64,000 nucleotides of DNA from Octopus sinensis (taxonomy: Eukaryota), in NCBI RefSeq assembly GCF_006345805.1, contig NC_043012.1, positions 29,264,001 to 29,328,000 of the forward strand. The letters are read 5' to 3'. Shown here piece after piece: positions 11,891 to 25,205 of the stretch. The notes beneath the pieces were generated by a model, which did not search any database, was not told the origin of the DNA, and saw nothing but the letters and a program-made list of their open reading frames with translations. How positions within the stretch are numbered: the stretch's first letter is position 1; every line of letters starts with the position of its first letter. The translations under genes were made by a program, and so were the position numbers.

Positions 11891-14800
11891 ACACAGACTC
11901 ACGCAGACATGTACATAAATATACAATTGTCTTAATAGTATATTAGATACTTGAGCATACATATATACATAAAATGATATATGTGTGTGTGTGAGTATGC
12001 CTATATATGTGAGTATGTATGAGTATACATGTGTGTATATATGTAAATGCATTAAATAGAAGAAAATGGCATATTCTTTTGGGCTGTTTTGGGGCATATA
12101 CTTACAGTTCTGCCATTAGCCTACTAAATACCTTCAGCCAGACTAATATAGCTTCAAAATCTTGTTCAAATGAAAGACATTTCGTATATAGGCATTTATT
12201 TGTACGTCGGTAGTCATAGGAAAAGAAATGTTGGATCTTACTCATCTAGTTTATAAAAGTCTGTGTAATTCTCCTGATATGTTTGCCGCATTGCTCGAAG
12301 TTGCTTCTCAATACGATAACCTTGCTGATCACTTAACGCCTTCAATCCCCGTTAATAAGATAAGTATGGCAAGCTAACGATACTTATCTTGTTTGCTTGA
12401 AGTTTGATCTTTGGTTCGCTTTATGTACTCACACAAAAACGTAGAACAATGTCGTATAATTTTATTCTTAAGACAAACGATACTTTTTCTTTGTCTTTGG
12501 AATGGAGGTAAAGGCACGGCGGGGGAGGGGGTTGACTAAAACGCACACAGACACATACACGCACACTTTTGGATGCACATTTATGAACAACACAGCGTGA
12601 ATCAGAAGAATCTTATAATGATACTGCTTGTTTCTCCGTTACTTAGCCCGTCCATAACACTTTCACCTAATTGGTTGAAGAGGAGGGGGAGAGAGAGGTG
12701 GTGGTAAGTGAAATGTGCAATTTTTTAAATAAGTATTTTTTCGTTACTTAGACCGTCTGCAACGCTTTCATGTGATTGGTTGAAGGGAAAGGCGAAGAGC
12801 GAGAGCAAAAGAGGGAGAAGGAAGAGAGAGAAAAAGGGGGTAAGGCAAAGAGTGAGAGAGAAAGAGGGAGAGTGTTGTGTATTAAGTCTATAAAATTATG
12901 CATAAAGTTTATAAAGTGTATATATAAAGTGCAATGAATAATCATGGTATTTCAATTTCGTTCACTTTTCAAAGACTAGCAGATGAGCAACTATCTTTCC
13001 ATACGAACGCAACGCAGGCTACGCTTTGAGGACTTTTGGATCAAGTTTTCATTAAATAACCCAATAAGTTTACCATTAGTTCCATAAAATATTCAAGTGT
13101 CTCGCTAGCTGAAATAAATTTAAGTAACCGAATGCTTGGCTATAAATGAAATATATGAATGTAAAGAGATTTCTTCTATATTTTTATGTGCAGAAAAAAG
13201 AGTGTAGTGTATGCGTTTGGCTCTGCAGTCGGACCATCTTATGGTTTGTTCACAGCTCCTAAGAGACGTACCCAGTTTCTTTCTCTAATCATCTGTTATA
13301 AAATATAGTCATAAAATAGGTTATCACCACAGTGGATCACTTAATTTGCATATTTGTGCTTTTGACTGGTTGGCATTAATTAAACAATAAGTACATTTAT
13401 CATGCACAGCACCGTGAAAATCAGAAGGATCAAAATATACTTAAATATTGGAAATCCCGACAATGGGAGAAATATAAACATATAAACATTAATTCTGTCT
13501 TTTTTGTGCGAGTATCCTGATGGACCGTTTCATTGCCAGTTTCCTGAGACAACTCACTTACTTTATTGAATCAGCATCATAGAGTATCCACTTGCCATAT
13601 ACATCTATAAATTAGACTACATTACGGACGTTAGTTGATTAGGTATTTCGCCATCTTCTTTCGCAAGACGAGAAAGGTACATACATAAATGCACACAACT
13701 CATTATTACTTTTGTCAGAAAGTTTGGTTGTACTGACCTATTCAATATATTTACTTATAATCCAAAATGGACTGAAATAGAGGCTGGATTATTCCAAGGC
13801 CATCAAACTCAGCATAATGTTGTCGCAAGGAACACTGTTATTGAAAGGATTGATGTTCGGAAATTGTTAGTGTTTCATGTGTTTTATGAAATACTGGAAA
13901 CGTGGCTAATTCCATTCTCACCTATTGCCTAGGCTGGAAGAAAAGATTCGTGGAGCTAAAATTGATGATATTCTATCAGCTATTTATCAAATAATCTTTT
14001 CTTGGTAACGACTTCGACTGTGCTCTCCATCAGATTTTGAAGAGGTGTATGGTTTATGAGCCTTGAGAAATTTGAAACTGATAATCTCTTAACATAAAAA
14101 GTAATAAAAAAAGGTTACAATAGACAACCAATGAGCAAAAGGAGGAAATCAGGAAAAGGAGGATTCACTTACACAATCAAGCGAAGACGAAATCGGCAAT
14201 AAGTGAAAGTATCAATTTGTTGCCAATTCAAAAGATCTTTAAAGCATACATCAATGTTCATCATCATCATCCAGTGTTTTAAATCCGGGCTCTGTCCCCA
14301 TTAACGGGGGTGGACGGATCTACCTCAATGCCATAGCAATCGAGGTAGGCAGGTGCAGCCCACCTCAAACTTTGGGCTGGCTGCTGCCCATTTTCCGTTG
14401 CTATCATGAGGCTTTTTTGGAGCTGGATTTTCTACTGGGAGCAATACCCTTGCTTACCCCCAACCTCAGTTTCTAGACATGAGTGGTCCCGACACCAAGG
14501 CCTCTACCACGATTTTTAAGAAATGTGGTGGAAAACTAGCTCATGAAGGCAGGGACGCTACTCCCTGAGACCCCTTTCGGAGCCCCCTTAACCAATTTAA
14601 TGCTGAAATTTACGATTAAGTCAAATCGATTAGGTAGTTTCGCAAATATGTGAACAAAAGGAAATAATAAAACCGTTTTTCTTTTCTTTCAGTCTGAGAG
14701 TCGAACTCAAACTGTCATTATGAAATTAGATTTATATGACAGTCATTTCCGAAGGAGTGGAGAGGAAGATTGTTTTGAAATCCCATCCACGAATATTATC

Positions 14801-15245
14801 GATCTAATGAACACTTAAGTTCAAGTTGATCCTTTCAACTATGTTAAACAGATGAATTTGCCACAGTTTTTCTATATTGTAATCTAATAACGGATTATCA
14901 AGAGCAAAGAAAATGCTTCGAAAGATGCGAGAAAAGTATGCCTTTCTCTGGTGTTCGGATAAAGAAAGCCTTCGAACGCTTTTACACGATCCACTGAAGT
15001 AATGCTGAATGATTTTATATGCCCCCATTGCTGTACCATTTTATTCCAATCTCTGTAAAAAGTAAATAGACCCCGGTTCAGCACTTTCGGAGAAACACAA
15101 CTACACCTCAGGTGTCTGGAATGAGACATTAGAAGACACCAGTATCTCACAGAACTTATCCAAATTTTGCCATTTGTTTGCCATTCTCATCTTCCCATCT
15201 ACGCCATCTAATCCAGTGCATCTGTAGAGGTACAAAATATCTATG

Positions 15246-15923
15246 AAAGAAAACATCTTACATCAGACAAGGGCTAAAACCCTTAATAGAACTGCCTATA
15301 AAGCATTACACCAATTATTCCAAAGAAACCCAATTTTTTTAGATGCTTTCAGTGCAACTAACAAAAAAAATTATTACCAACTAATCTTAGCCAAGTCAGA
15401 AGGCAATAAAAATATCGCCCTATCATCTTTAAGCTTTCTTTAGATCTAAAAGCCTCGGTTGTACCGGTCTACATAACAGCTGTTATTCAAGCATGGTAGT
15501 TGTCTTCAAAGCTCATCAACTGATTGTGAGGTGAATGTACCATGGGCCACGAGCTTGGACACGAACCACTGGCTGGGATACTGAGAAGCATTATAAAAAG
15601 CAGAATAACATTGCTTACAGTAATTTCCGCCAAATTTAGTCTGTGGTTTCTAAGTGTACACGAGAAGATAAAGTCTGTCAACTAATATAAGTCGTATTTC
15701 GCAAAAACAGAATAAGCCAATTTATTGGTTCATAAATATCAATGGCCAAATATTTACCAGCTGAGTAGCGGACTAATACAAATGAAAGCTCGGTGTAGAA
15801 ATAAAGCTCGTGATGTGAATAAGATGTTAGTAGGAAGGTAAATGATTCCATGTACCCCAATGACAAAAAATAGGGAGTCAAATTAAGGGTTTTAACCCTT
15901 GTCTAATGTAAGATGTTTTCTTT
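15246..15923. mobile_element. Putative non-autonomous TIR element (MITE-like), 678 bp
   Basis: 42-bp inverted repeats at 15246-15287 and 15882-15923, with 40/42 identity. No TSD recognised. Confidence 0.55.
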
Positions 15924-16049
15924 TGACAGGTTTTGACAAGAGTGAGAGTGTTTACATCTCAAGAATTCATTTGATTCTAAAGATACGCCCGTTGAATTTA
16001 AACGACTGTGTTTCTAGCACTTTTTTCGTTTCCAATGAGCTGCTGGAAT

Positions 16050-16960
16050 CAAAATGGAATCACATGTGATAATCACAGCAAAGTGGATGAAAGCATTGGT
16101 ACTGGGCTCAACGATTGTACAATGGAGTAAGAGTTACTTGAGAGCGAGTGGACCGTCATCATGTGAAATGATTGTGTAGGGATTTAATACTTGGAGTAAA
16201 GAGGTGGATAGAAGAGCTTGGTGGGAAGGGGAGGGAGCTGAAGGGGCGAAGAGCGTGATTAGTATCTTGAATGTGGTGGTGAAGGACAGTAACTAGGAGA
16301 TGGAGAATGTATAAAGGTATTTGGAAATGAGTGGGTTGGAGCAATTGCAAGTGAATTCGATGGAGTGGTCAGGGCTGTAAGATTTATGAATGTTGGCGGG
16401 ATGGCTGGGTGAGAGAGGTCTGGTGATAAGGTTGGTAACTTTGGAAAGGAGGAAAGACGAGGTGATGAGAGATTTTAATGTGACGGACACCAGACGTTAG
16501 TAGGTAGGAATGAGGTCAGATGGTAGAAAAGCTAAGATAATACAATCGGTTTTAATGCTTCCTTTTCATAGAGGTTGGTCCTCCATACAACCACCGTACT
16601 ACCTTTGTTAGCCGGTTTGATCACAATATCATCTTGGTGCTGGTGTTGGCTAAGTGCAGAGAGTTAATCTCGTGTGATATTGAGGAGGCAAGATCGTTCA
16701 CGGCTCACCAAGAGACGGTAAGGAATATAATAGAATCCAGCGTTGCGAATTAGCTTAGTGTTGACGTCTAGAGAGTTAGTTGATGACTAAGTTCAGTAAA
16801 ATCATCAGAACGATGCGACTCAGGCGAATTAGCCATGTTTGAAAGCATTAAGTTTTGTTTCTTATAAGATTGTTCAATTTCTGTTAGCGTCTGAAATTCG
16901 TCAGCACAAGAGAGAAGGGAGACCCTAAGGGAGATTACGGGAATACACACTCAATACTGG
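16050..16960 (-). pseudogene. Decayed Penelope-like RT (second family)
   Basis: The minus strand gives DIVIKPANKGSTVVVW (16583-16630; consensus IVIKPADKGGAVVVW), then PANIHK (LPKIHK), HIQDTNHAL and IKSLH (DVKSLY), in the correct order. Confidence 0.8.
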
Positions 16961-17311
16961 GTGGTTTCTGGTTATCTTAAGTAAAACAGATGCAAACTAA
17001 TGAATATAATTGTTCTGATGTAATATATTCTTTTATTCTTTTATACTTTTATATGGTTCAGCCTTGAGAGTGCGGCCATGCTGGGACACTACCCGTGACA
17101 TTATATGATCATATAATTTTCTCATTATTTCTGTGGCTGTTTATGAGAGTTCAGAAGTTAAGATAACTTAAAAATCACACGACCTCACAATCGGAGCTAG
17201 TGAATACTTCATATATACATGTATATATCTATCTGTGTGTGTTGTATGTATGTATATATATTTAAATGTATGTATGTATATATACACACGCGTGCACGCA
17301 CACACACACAT

Positions 17312-17420
17312 GTAAGCTCGAAACGTAAAATACTTTTCCATTCTTCCTGAGCGTTAATCTGCTTGTTGTTCCTACACCTGTCTTCGTCTTTTGTTTTCTG
17401 TAAATTTGAATTATATATAA
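17312..17420 (+). repeat. 5'-truncated copy of the PLE-type terminal repeat seen at 45443-45650
   Basis: GCTCGAAACGTAAAA...ACACCTGTCTTCGTCTTTTGTTTT matches 45528-45625. It retains only the 3' half of the hammerhead motif (GAAACGTA, 17320-17327). Confidence 0.65.
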
Positions 17421-17727
17421 TGGACTCTCCCGTCGTTCAACGGCGTATGAGAGATCGGCAATTTCTTGCCGAACAACCACACAGAAGATTTGTTTATGGT
17501 GATCAGATGTTTGTGTACACATAAGCTCAGTCCTTCTATCAAATCGACATTACCTATACAGGTGCACCATATGCCACACGTCAGATGCGGAAATGATCGC
17601 AGAGCAACGTGAAATGAAGTGCTTTGCTCAAGGACACAACGCAACGCCCGGTCTAGGAACCGGAATCGAACCCACGATCATGCAATCTTGAGTGCAACAC
17701 CCTAACTACTAAGTCATGCACCTTCAC
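17420..17727 (-). mobile_element. tRNA-headed SINE with family-B head/core and a different tail
   Basis: Shares GAGCAACGTGAAATGAAGTG...TGCTCAAGGACACAACGC and the tRNA-like head with family B. The 3' part is unrelated. Confidence 0.75.
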
Positions 17728-17968
17728 AACTATATATATATATATAAAATCCATATTTTGATTGCTTTTTCTTTTGTCTTGCTCGATTACGTTTTGGGGT
17801 TGTTTTGCTAAATTTTTCTTGAGAACATCTCTTAGTGGTAAGACCATAGCGAATCTATTTCTAGTATAAGGGTGTCCACATAGTGGTTTCCTTCTAATAT
17901 GTATGATAGATAGATATGAAGGATCTACCAAGTTTTGGTTGATCCTTGCTAGTTTGGACTCAAAGCAT

Positions 17969-18006
<38 letters not shown>

Positions 18007-18037
18007 TGATATACAGATAGATAAATAGATAGATAAT

Positions 18038-18107
<70 letters not shown>

Positions 18108-18108
18108 T
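17969..18108. repeat. (AGAT)n microsatellite
   Basis: Direct reading. Confidence 0.95.
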
Positions 18109-18358
18109 ACACTGCAAATCGTTTCTCGAGGTGTAATGCGAGTTAACCAATCTCTTTGATTTTCACATCTATCACATCAATCACTGCTCTCGATCCCTAC
18201 AATTTACAGCTCTATTCCCTTTTATTTTTAGAAGGTAAAGTAATTTTTGTGACAGGTGGAGAAATGAACTACTTATGTGTGCGTATGTGTAAAATAAGGA
18301 AAGAGACTAAAAGAATGTTAGAAAATTTCATATATGCATACATACATACATACATACA

Positions 18359-18395
<37 letters not shown>

Positions 18396-18538
18396 ATTTT
18401 AAATAATAAGGGTGAAAATTTGAATATTAATTTGATTAATATTAAGTTAACACCAGTGGTCTAGCATACTTAAAAATCTGAAGTTTCAGAAGAAATTATT
18501 TTACATACATTATATTACATCCCTTTTATATGTATGTA

Positions 18539-18588
<50 letters not shown>

Positions 18589-18919
18589 AGAGAGAGAGAG
18601 AGAGAGAGAGAGTGAGAATGAGGGAGAGTGAGAGTGAGACAGAGTGAGAGAAAAAAGGCGATGTTAAATTGTGAAAGTAGTGCATATTAGCTACACATCA
18701 TGATTAAGAAAATAAAGGGTTGAAAAAGAAAGAGTAATAGTGAGAAGAGAAATGATTTAAGACAATTAAGGGACAAAGGGAACTACGAAATGAAGGAAAA
18801 AATTAGTAAAACAGTAAAAAAGAAATGAGAGGGAGAAAGTTGTTTTCTTATGAAAATATTTATGCGGTGTTTTTGTGACTAAGGAAGCGGTTGATCTTCC
18901 CCTTTTCTATTAAATAATT

Positions 18920-19480
18920 GGGAACCACTGTGATACTGGCTCCCAGCCAAGTATTTTTTTTTATGTTGAGGAACAGATGATAGTCAAATGGGGCCAAATC
19001 AGGAGAAGATGGTGGCTGTTTAACCATTTCAAAGCCATCGTTACACGCACCGTAGCCATTGAAAGCAACGGCATGTGTGCTGGAGCATTGTCCTGATAAA
19101 ACAAGTTCCCTTTCCTATTTTAAAGATAGTAAATAAATACAGTGCCTTTTGAACCCCCAAAACTGACGTCATCACCTTCCTTGCAAATGAAACGACCTTG
19201 GCTCTCTTTGGTGTAGGTGAAGTGGGGGTGCTTCCACTCTATGGATTGCCTCTTTGTCTCTGGCTCAAAGTGAAGCCAACACTCATCCTGGCCTAGGAAT
19301 CTTTCAAGGAAACCAGCTGACTCTGCCTCAAACAATGTCAAATTTTGCCGTGATGTGATCAGCCTGGTGCGCTTTTGATCAGGTGTCAGAAGATTTGGCA
19401 CCCACCGAGCAGAAAGCTTCGTGATGCCAAGTTCATTGTGCAGAAATGTCTCACGGGATATGCTAAGCATATCTCTGCTA
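18920..19480 (-). pseudogene. Internally deleted, degraded mariner transposase
   Basis: ORF 19120-19470 has KLSARWVPNLL, GQDECW and FEPETKRQSIEWKH. Further 3' the minus strand gives QDNAPAH and PPSSPDLAPFDYHLF. Confidence 0.88.
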
Positions 19481-19482
19481 GA

Positions 19483-19790
19483 GATATAAAGGGTGCAGAG
19501 CTTTACTGTTTAGCATACGTTACTACTTTATCTCTTCTTGATATTTTATAACTAGCTATTGTGTTTGTTGCAAATCAGTGACCGATGGTCACTTTGTTTA
19601 CAATATAACGCTGGCAAAACGGATCTTAGCTATCACAGGTGCGCGCGGCTGGTGTGAGCCAAATAGCTTGAAACTGGCCGGTGCCGCGATCCTGCCAGCT
19701 GGTGGGGTTAGTAGGGGTTCGCTCCCCCTTCTAGCGATATATTGTATATAAAGGGTACAGAGCTTGCACCGAAAACCAGCTGGTGGAGAT
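19483..19790 (+). repeat. ~260-300 bp structured repeat with degenerate hammerhead motif
   Basis: ATATAAAGGGT(G/A)CAGAGCTT is directly repeated 262 bp apart. Blocks TGAGCCAA..AGCT.GAAACT, GTAGGGGTTCGCTC and ATATATT.TA.ATAAAGGGT.CAG are shared with the minus strand of 47200-47520 and 49060-49380. Confidence 0.65.
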
Positions 19791-20295
19791 ATAAGTATAT
19801 ATATATACTTATATGTATATACACATATGTATGCATAGAGAGAGAGGCAGACAGAGATGGAGAGAGAGAAAGAGAGAGAAAGAGGAAGAGAGATTCATAC
19901 ATATATTATTGTACATAGGGATATGTAGTTATATTCCTATAACTGTATATTTACATATACGTCCCTGTATGCACACTTACATATATATACACATATGTGT
20001 GTATATGTACACCTATGGCTATGTATTTTTATAGTATGATGGATGATTTAATGTCACACAGTAAGACGTAATTTCATTTCTATTTTGAATTGTGTAATTA
20101 AGTCCAACACTTGTCGCAGACATCAGCCACATGACGTTTCATGCGGAATCCCATTGAGTTGGTTTTATAGCAGAAGACATTTCACCATATCTGACACAGA
20201 TTTAGAGTTAACACACACCTATATATAACTACAAACATACTTCTTCAAAAATTAGCATTCTTGCAATCATATACGGACGCCCAAATTGTTCATTG

Positions 20296-20340
<45 letters not shown>

Positions 20341-23300
20341 GTGTGTGTGTGTGTAGCATACATATTTACATCTGAGTGCGGACGCATATTTCTATATTTA
20401 TCTAAATACACATGCACACATTTATATAAAACTTCCTCTCGCCAATGAATGAGATTTTTGTATATGCGATGGAGCAGTGTAGAGTCAGAGAAAAACTCCC
20501 ACTGGCTTGGGACTACAACCTGGTTTCAATTCACAGTAGAGAAAGTTTCACCCCCAATTGCGACATTAAGTAGGAACCTACTGAAATGAAAGTCTCAGTT
20601 TGCCATTTCCTAAAATGCGTTGCACTTTGTGTCTTGTTGAAAGAAAATGATGATTCATTAAAAAAATACAAAATCAACTTTTGTTCTTTTTTGTTTCTTA
20701 GCCTACGCAATTAATGCGTATGTGTGTGTACGCATAAAACAATATAGTCATTACAAACCAAATGACACTATGTACACATGCATTTATGTAATTGCGTGCA
20801 TATGTCCGCATATATATGCGCGTATGTGCATGCATACATATAGATACATACACACATATGTACATACATACATACATACATACATACGTACATGGATTAT
20901 AAATTTACATTTATAACATTAATAACTGGAGCTCATAATTTTGTAAGTAAATGCCTAACTGTCAATCTGGATAAGCCTGGATTTTCAGAAAAAGAAAACA
21001 GCCACCTGACTTGCACATTATTAATACAATCTGCGAGCGGGACAGTAAAACTATGCAAGACTTTTCTCGGGTTTAAAATCTGACGCTGTTTTCGTTATCG
21101 GTATTCCAGCGATGGCGAATTGTATTTTTGTTAGAAACCAGCTCCTTCTTCAAAAGAAGAGTTTAAATAATTAAAAAAGGAAAAGGACATACATACACAC
21201 ACACAAACATGTGTGTGTGTGCGTGTGTGTGTGATGTTTCTCTTAGTGCTACTGGCAACATGTAATCCAGTAGAAGCTGTCGCATGGTTCGGCCGTCGGT
21301 GATTAAATAGGCAACACTACCAAGCCTGCTTGCTACGGTGGTTGGTTTTCGTTCGACACTCTGCAGGACGAATACGAAAAGCTATCAAGGTGTGGATGAA
21401 CTCATTAGAGCCAAGGCAATTCAACAGTTGTTTAGACATCTTTCTAAAAGGAAAACAACTTCGTTTACCTCCAGAGATGCAGGCTAGTTAATCATTTGGG
21501 ACAAATGTATACGTTTAGCGAGTGGGATTCGTCATGTGCAAACCCATTTTTCATTTTAAAATACTTCAAATTCATTTCGCCCATAAGCTTTATACTTATT
21601 TTATCGAACTTAAAACCGAGTATGCAATGTCGCCAATAATAGGATAGGAAACCAGAACATAGATATCTGACACGAAATAGTCTCAATGTTTCTTTCCTTT
21701 ACAGTTTCAGCAAATACACCGATTTGTATTTAAAGTTACAAAAAAATTGTCTTTTGCGTTTGTTGGTTCTTTTCTTCTTCAATAAGACAAACAGTGGTGC
21801 TGTTTATAAAAGATGATGACGCCGGCGAAATTGACGACGTACACGAATAAGACGATTGGAGATAAGTATGTATATTGTAAGAACGGGTGATATATTTAAC
21901 TTAACATGTCACAGTAAATAAAGATCACTTTTAATATAGAAATGTTAAGCATAAAGTATTGTTTGTCAAAGGAAAACATTTCTGAAGGTTAGATACGAAG
22001 ATTTATGACTTATCACCTATTTTTGACATAGGGAAAAAAGAACAGTCATCAATCATAATTTAAATGTTATGATGTCGCAAATATACAAAGCGAAACACAA
22101 TGAAATTATCTTTAAGGAATTATATAGTTTATTTATACGGAGGTGAATACAGTTTTCTAGAAACGATACCATCTTGTGTATGTATGTGTGTGTCTACATG
22201 TGTGTGTGTGTGTATGTCTACATGTGTGTGTGCGTGCGTGTGCGCGCGCGTTGTGTTATACGCACACACAGACACACACACATAAGAAACAAACAATTGA
22301 AATATTTTGTTCTCAGGGTCAAAAATGTGTTTCGACCATTTTTGGCTTCCCAAGAAAAAAACATTGAAATCGCTCTTTCATCCGTACACTGAAACATGTA
22401 AATAATGCCTAAGGTACCCAGTACATTACCAGACACCGAGTACTAAACTGGACGAGGTCTTTTCCATTTGTTAACTGAGAACCGCCTTTTGGTTAAGAAG
22501 AAAACGTTTTTAAATTGCTAAAATTTATCCAATCCGTAAGTATGAAATTGTTGGTCATACTGTACAGAGTACGTAAACTGAAGTCGCTGTATCTCGGAGG
22601 ATGCCTCTCTCTCAGTTTCTATTCTCGCAAATTTTATGCATAACGCTTCTAAAGTTATCTTGCATTCCTTTTTCTCATTATTAGAGCAATTACAGCCACA
22701 GTATATGGTACAAGATTGATTTCTCTCGAGATTTGCAGTCTATCTTTGATGGTGGTGAAAATGAAACACAGTTGTTGTATGATGATATTTGTTTTCACTC
22801 GAATTTTAATTATTCAAAATCAATCCAATTGATTTAAACATTTTGAATGATAATTCCTCGTCGAATTTTGAATCGGAGAAAGATATATTAGCCTTTATTC
22901 TGAATAATTTAGATTGTGTTACCTACTGTGTATTGATGACAAAAATGGTTGAAGAAGGTTGCGGTATGTCATAGTATTAGACCTACTGGAGACTCTTCAA
23001 TTAAATAATGCGTGTATTTAATCAGTGTGGTAACATCTAATGTACAGGATACCTATTAGTAGCAGTATCGACTGACATGTCCATAGCGCAGTCTAACCAT
23101 TCATTTAACCAGATGAACCCCACTTATGCCTCGCGTCCAAAGAGAGAAATATGAATTTTATCGCTATGTTTTCGTGGAAACATTACAAACATCTGCTTGA
23201 TATTATAATAATATCTACAAACGTTGATTTATTTCCCAAGCATTAAGACTGTTCCGATATTTCTGAATTTGTTAATATTTAGGTTGTTCAGAGAATTACG

Positions 23301-23409
23301 TCAATAAAAACTCGCTTGTCAACTTCTATAAATTAGTGACCAGATCCATTAAACAGCTTAATTTGAAGGTTTTGAATTAAAAATGTTTAAACTCATAGAT
23401 TAGCAGGAA

Positions 23410-23700
23410 AAAAAAAAGGGTGTAAGGGAGGGACCTTGTGTATCGTCCTCCATGAAATTATTTCTGAATGACATTGCCACCAAAAGAATAAAATAATCAA
23501 GATGTATCATTCTGAACCATGTCTAGACCACTAACAAAGAATCAGATTACAAACTTCGTCTCAATGTAGAAAAGATAACTTCAGATATCCGATAACAAAT
23601 CATTAAAAGCTGTGAAAACATTTGCATCTAACAATCGGCGATACATTCTTCAAGTACAATGGAAACCAGCATGCAAGAATGCTTCACTATTTTTAAGAAG
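23410..23700 (+). pseudogene. Highly decayed non-LTR RT fragment
   Basis: KGVREGPCVSSSMKLFLNDI (23416-23475) resembles the GVRQGxxLSPxLFNLFxNDI motif. LRLNVEK follows downstream. Confidence 0.4.
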
Positions 23701-24849
23701 CAATTTTAATGCTTAATTTAAAGTCTACTGCTTTAAATATGACATTTCAGCCGGGCCCTGGTAACATATCCAGCGCTACAAGGTTCCTTTATAATAAGTA
23801 GTTAAAATATTCTGCTTGACCCTTTAGTTTCGCAACATTAAGTTTACATCGAAGAACAGTAAAATTCTTCTCAATCAAACATATGAAAAAGATTTTAACA
23901 TTTTGAAAACTTGTTGATATTACTTGTTAATTTAAGGAAGAATTAAAGAATTAAATTGAATATATTTAGACGTAAGGCAACTGAAGGTGTTGAATGGAAG
24001 CACAACGAAAGAATATATCATGTAAGATGTCAGAGCAAATTCACTATCGACATTAATAAGAATATGCGTACATGTACCAACAAATGATCTATCACTTGGA
24101 AGAGAAAAAGCAATCCGCCAAAGTTCTAGATTAAGAGAATCGCTGAAAAAATGGTAAAATATAAGTGAAACAGATCGAAGTTTTTTTTATACATGCATGT
24201 ATGTATGGACATAATCTTAAGCTTTCTTTACTCTCAACAAATTCGGAAGTTCTGCTTTGGGGTGTCGTTTCTGGTTCGCAGAAGTTTGTATGGAGGACAG
24301 TTTTCTAACTATCTCCATAACGCAGATGTACGCTGTGGAAAGAGAAGGTACAGATCAGCTAGTCACATTATTGCTGCAGGGGTGGTTGTTAGGAGTATGA
24401 GAATGCCTCACAGATTCCAACACCTTATTTGATCTCAAGATTTACTTCTTAAATGTTTACTAGAAACTCGAGCCAAAGTCAGGATTAGATGACACAATGA
24501 AGTGAGACAAATGAAACTCCTTAGTGGAAGTTCAGCATTGTAAGATCATTTCTAGAATAACAGGAAGAATTGAATTTTGTACGGCAAATCAACAACCCGG
24601 CTAGTTGTTCCAACTTTGAAGTATGGTTGGAAAGAGTGTTAAGAACCATATCAAGGATTGTTGCGCACAATACACGGACACATATGTGTAAAGGGAAAAG
24701 GATTATTTGTTCAAGGATATTGAATAAAGTTAATCCGTCTCTGTGGGAGTATCATCACCATTACAATTACACTATGTCATCATGTTCTTTCTATCACACA
24801 CACACACACACACACAGACAATCACTTGGTGATCTCTGCTCTATATCTT

Positions 24850-25110
24850 GCTTTAAGCTAATGGGGGAGGTGCTTTATGAAATACTGACTGTAAGGATGG
24901 AAATGTTCTTAACAGTGAATGAACTCATAAACTCATCATTTAAGAAATCCGGTGTTCTAGGATTCTCAGACTACCTTGAGTTTCCTCAGAATATCAGAAC
25001 TTCTATTCAACGTGCCAAGAATAGAAGAAAGGGACCTCAATTTATCTAGATTGATCCTGGCAAACGTATACGGATCAATTTCTCATGGGCTGATGCTCAA
25101 AGAATTAAAT
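24850..25110 (+). pseudogene. Decayed RLE-type (HERO/NeSL-like) RT fragment
   Basis: KKSGVLGFSDYLE (~24942) and RDLNLSRLILANVYGSISH (~25030-25088) resemble QKGGIPGFSGCLEH and WLDLANAYGSVPH of HERO-like RTs (recalled consensus). Confidence 0.55.
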
Positions 25111-25122
25111 TATTATGACTAT

Positions 25123-25133
25123 CATTATTATTA

Positions 25134-25204
<71 letters not shown>
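25123..25204. repeat. (TAT)n tract (first of the Dong-array spacers)
   Basis: Direct reading. Similar tracts lie at 26538-26595, 27000-27125, 28396-28648, 28872-29040, 35271-35422, 36448-37101, 39338-39544 and 40225-40383. Confidence 0.97.

Positions 25205-25205
<1 letters not shown>

Noticed and set aside
13760-16070. Stop-free 40-60 codon stretches after AG sites (13933, 14692, 15930)
   Set aside because: No recognisable homology or consistent phase chain, and the frequency is compatible with chance or decayed TE sequence.
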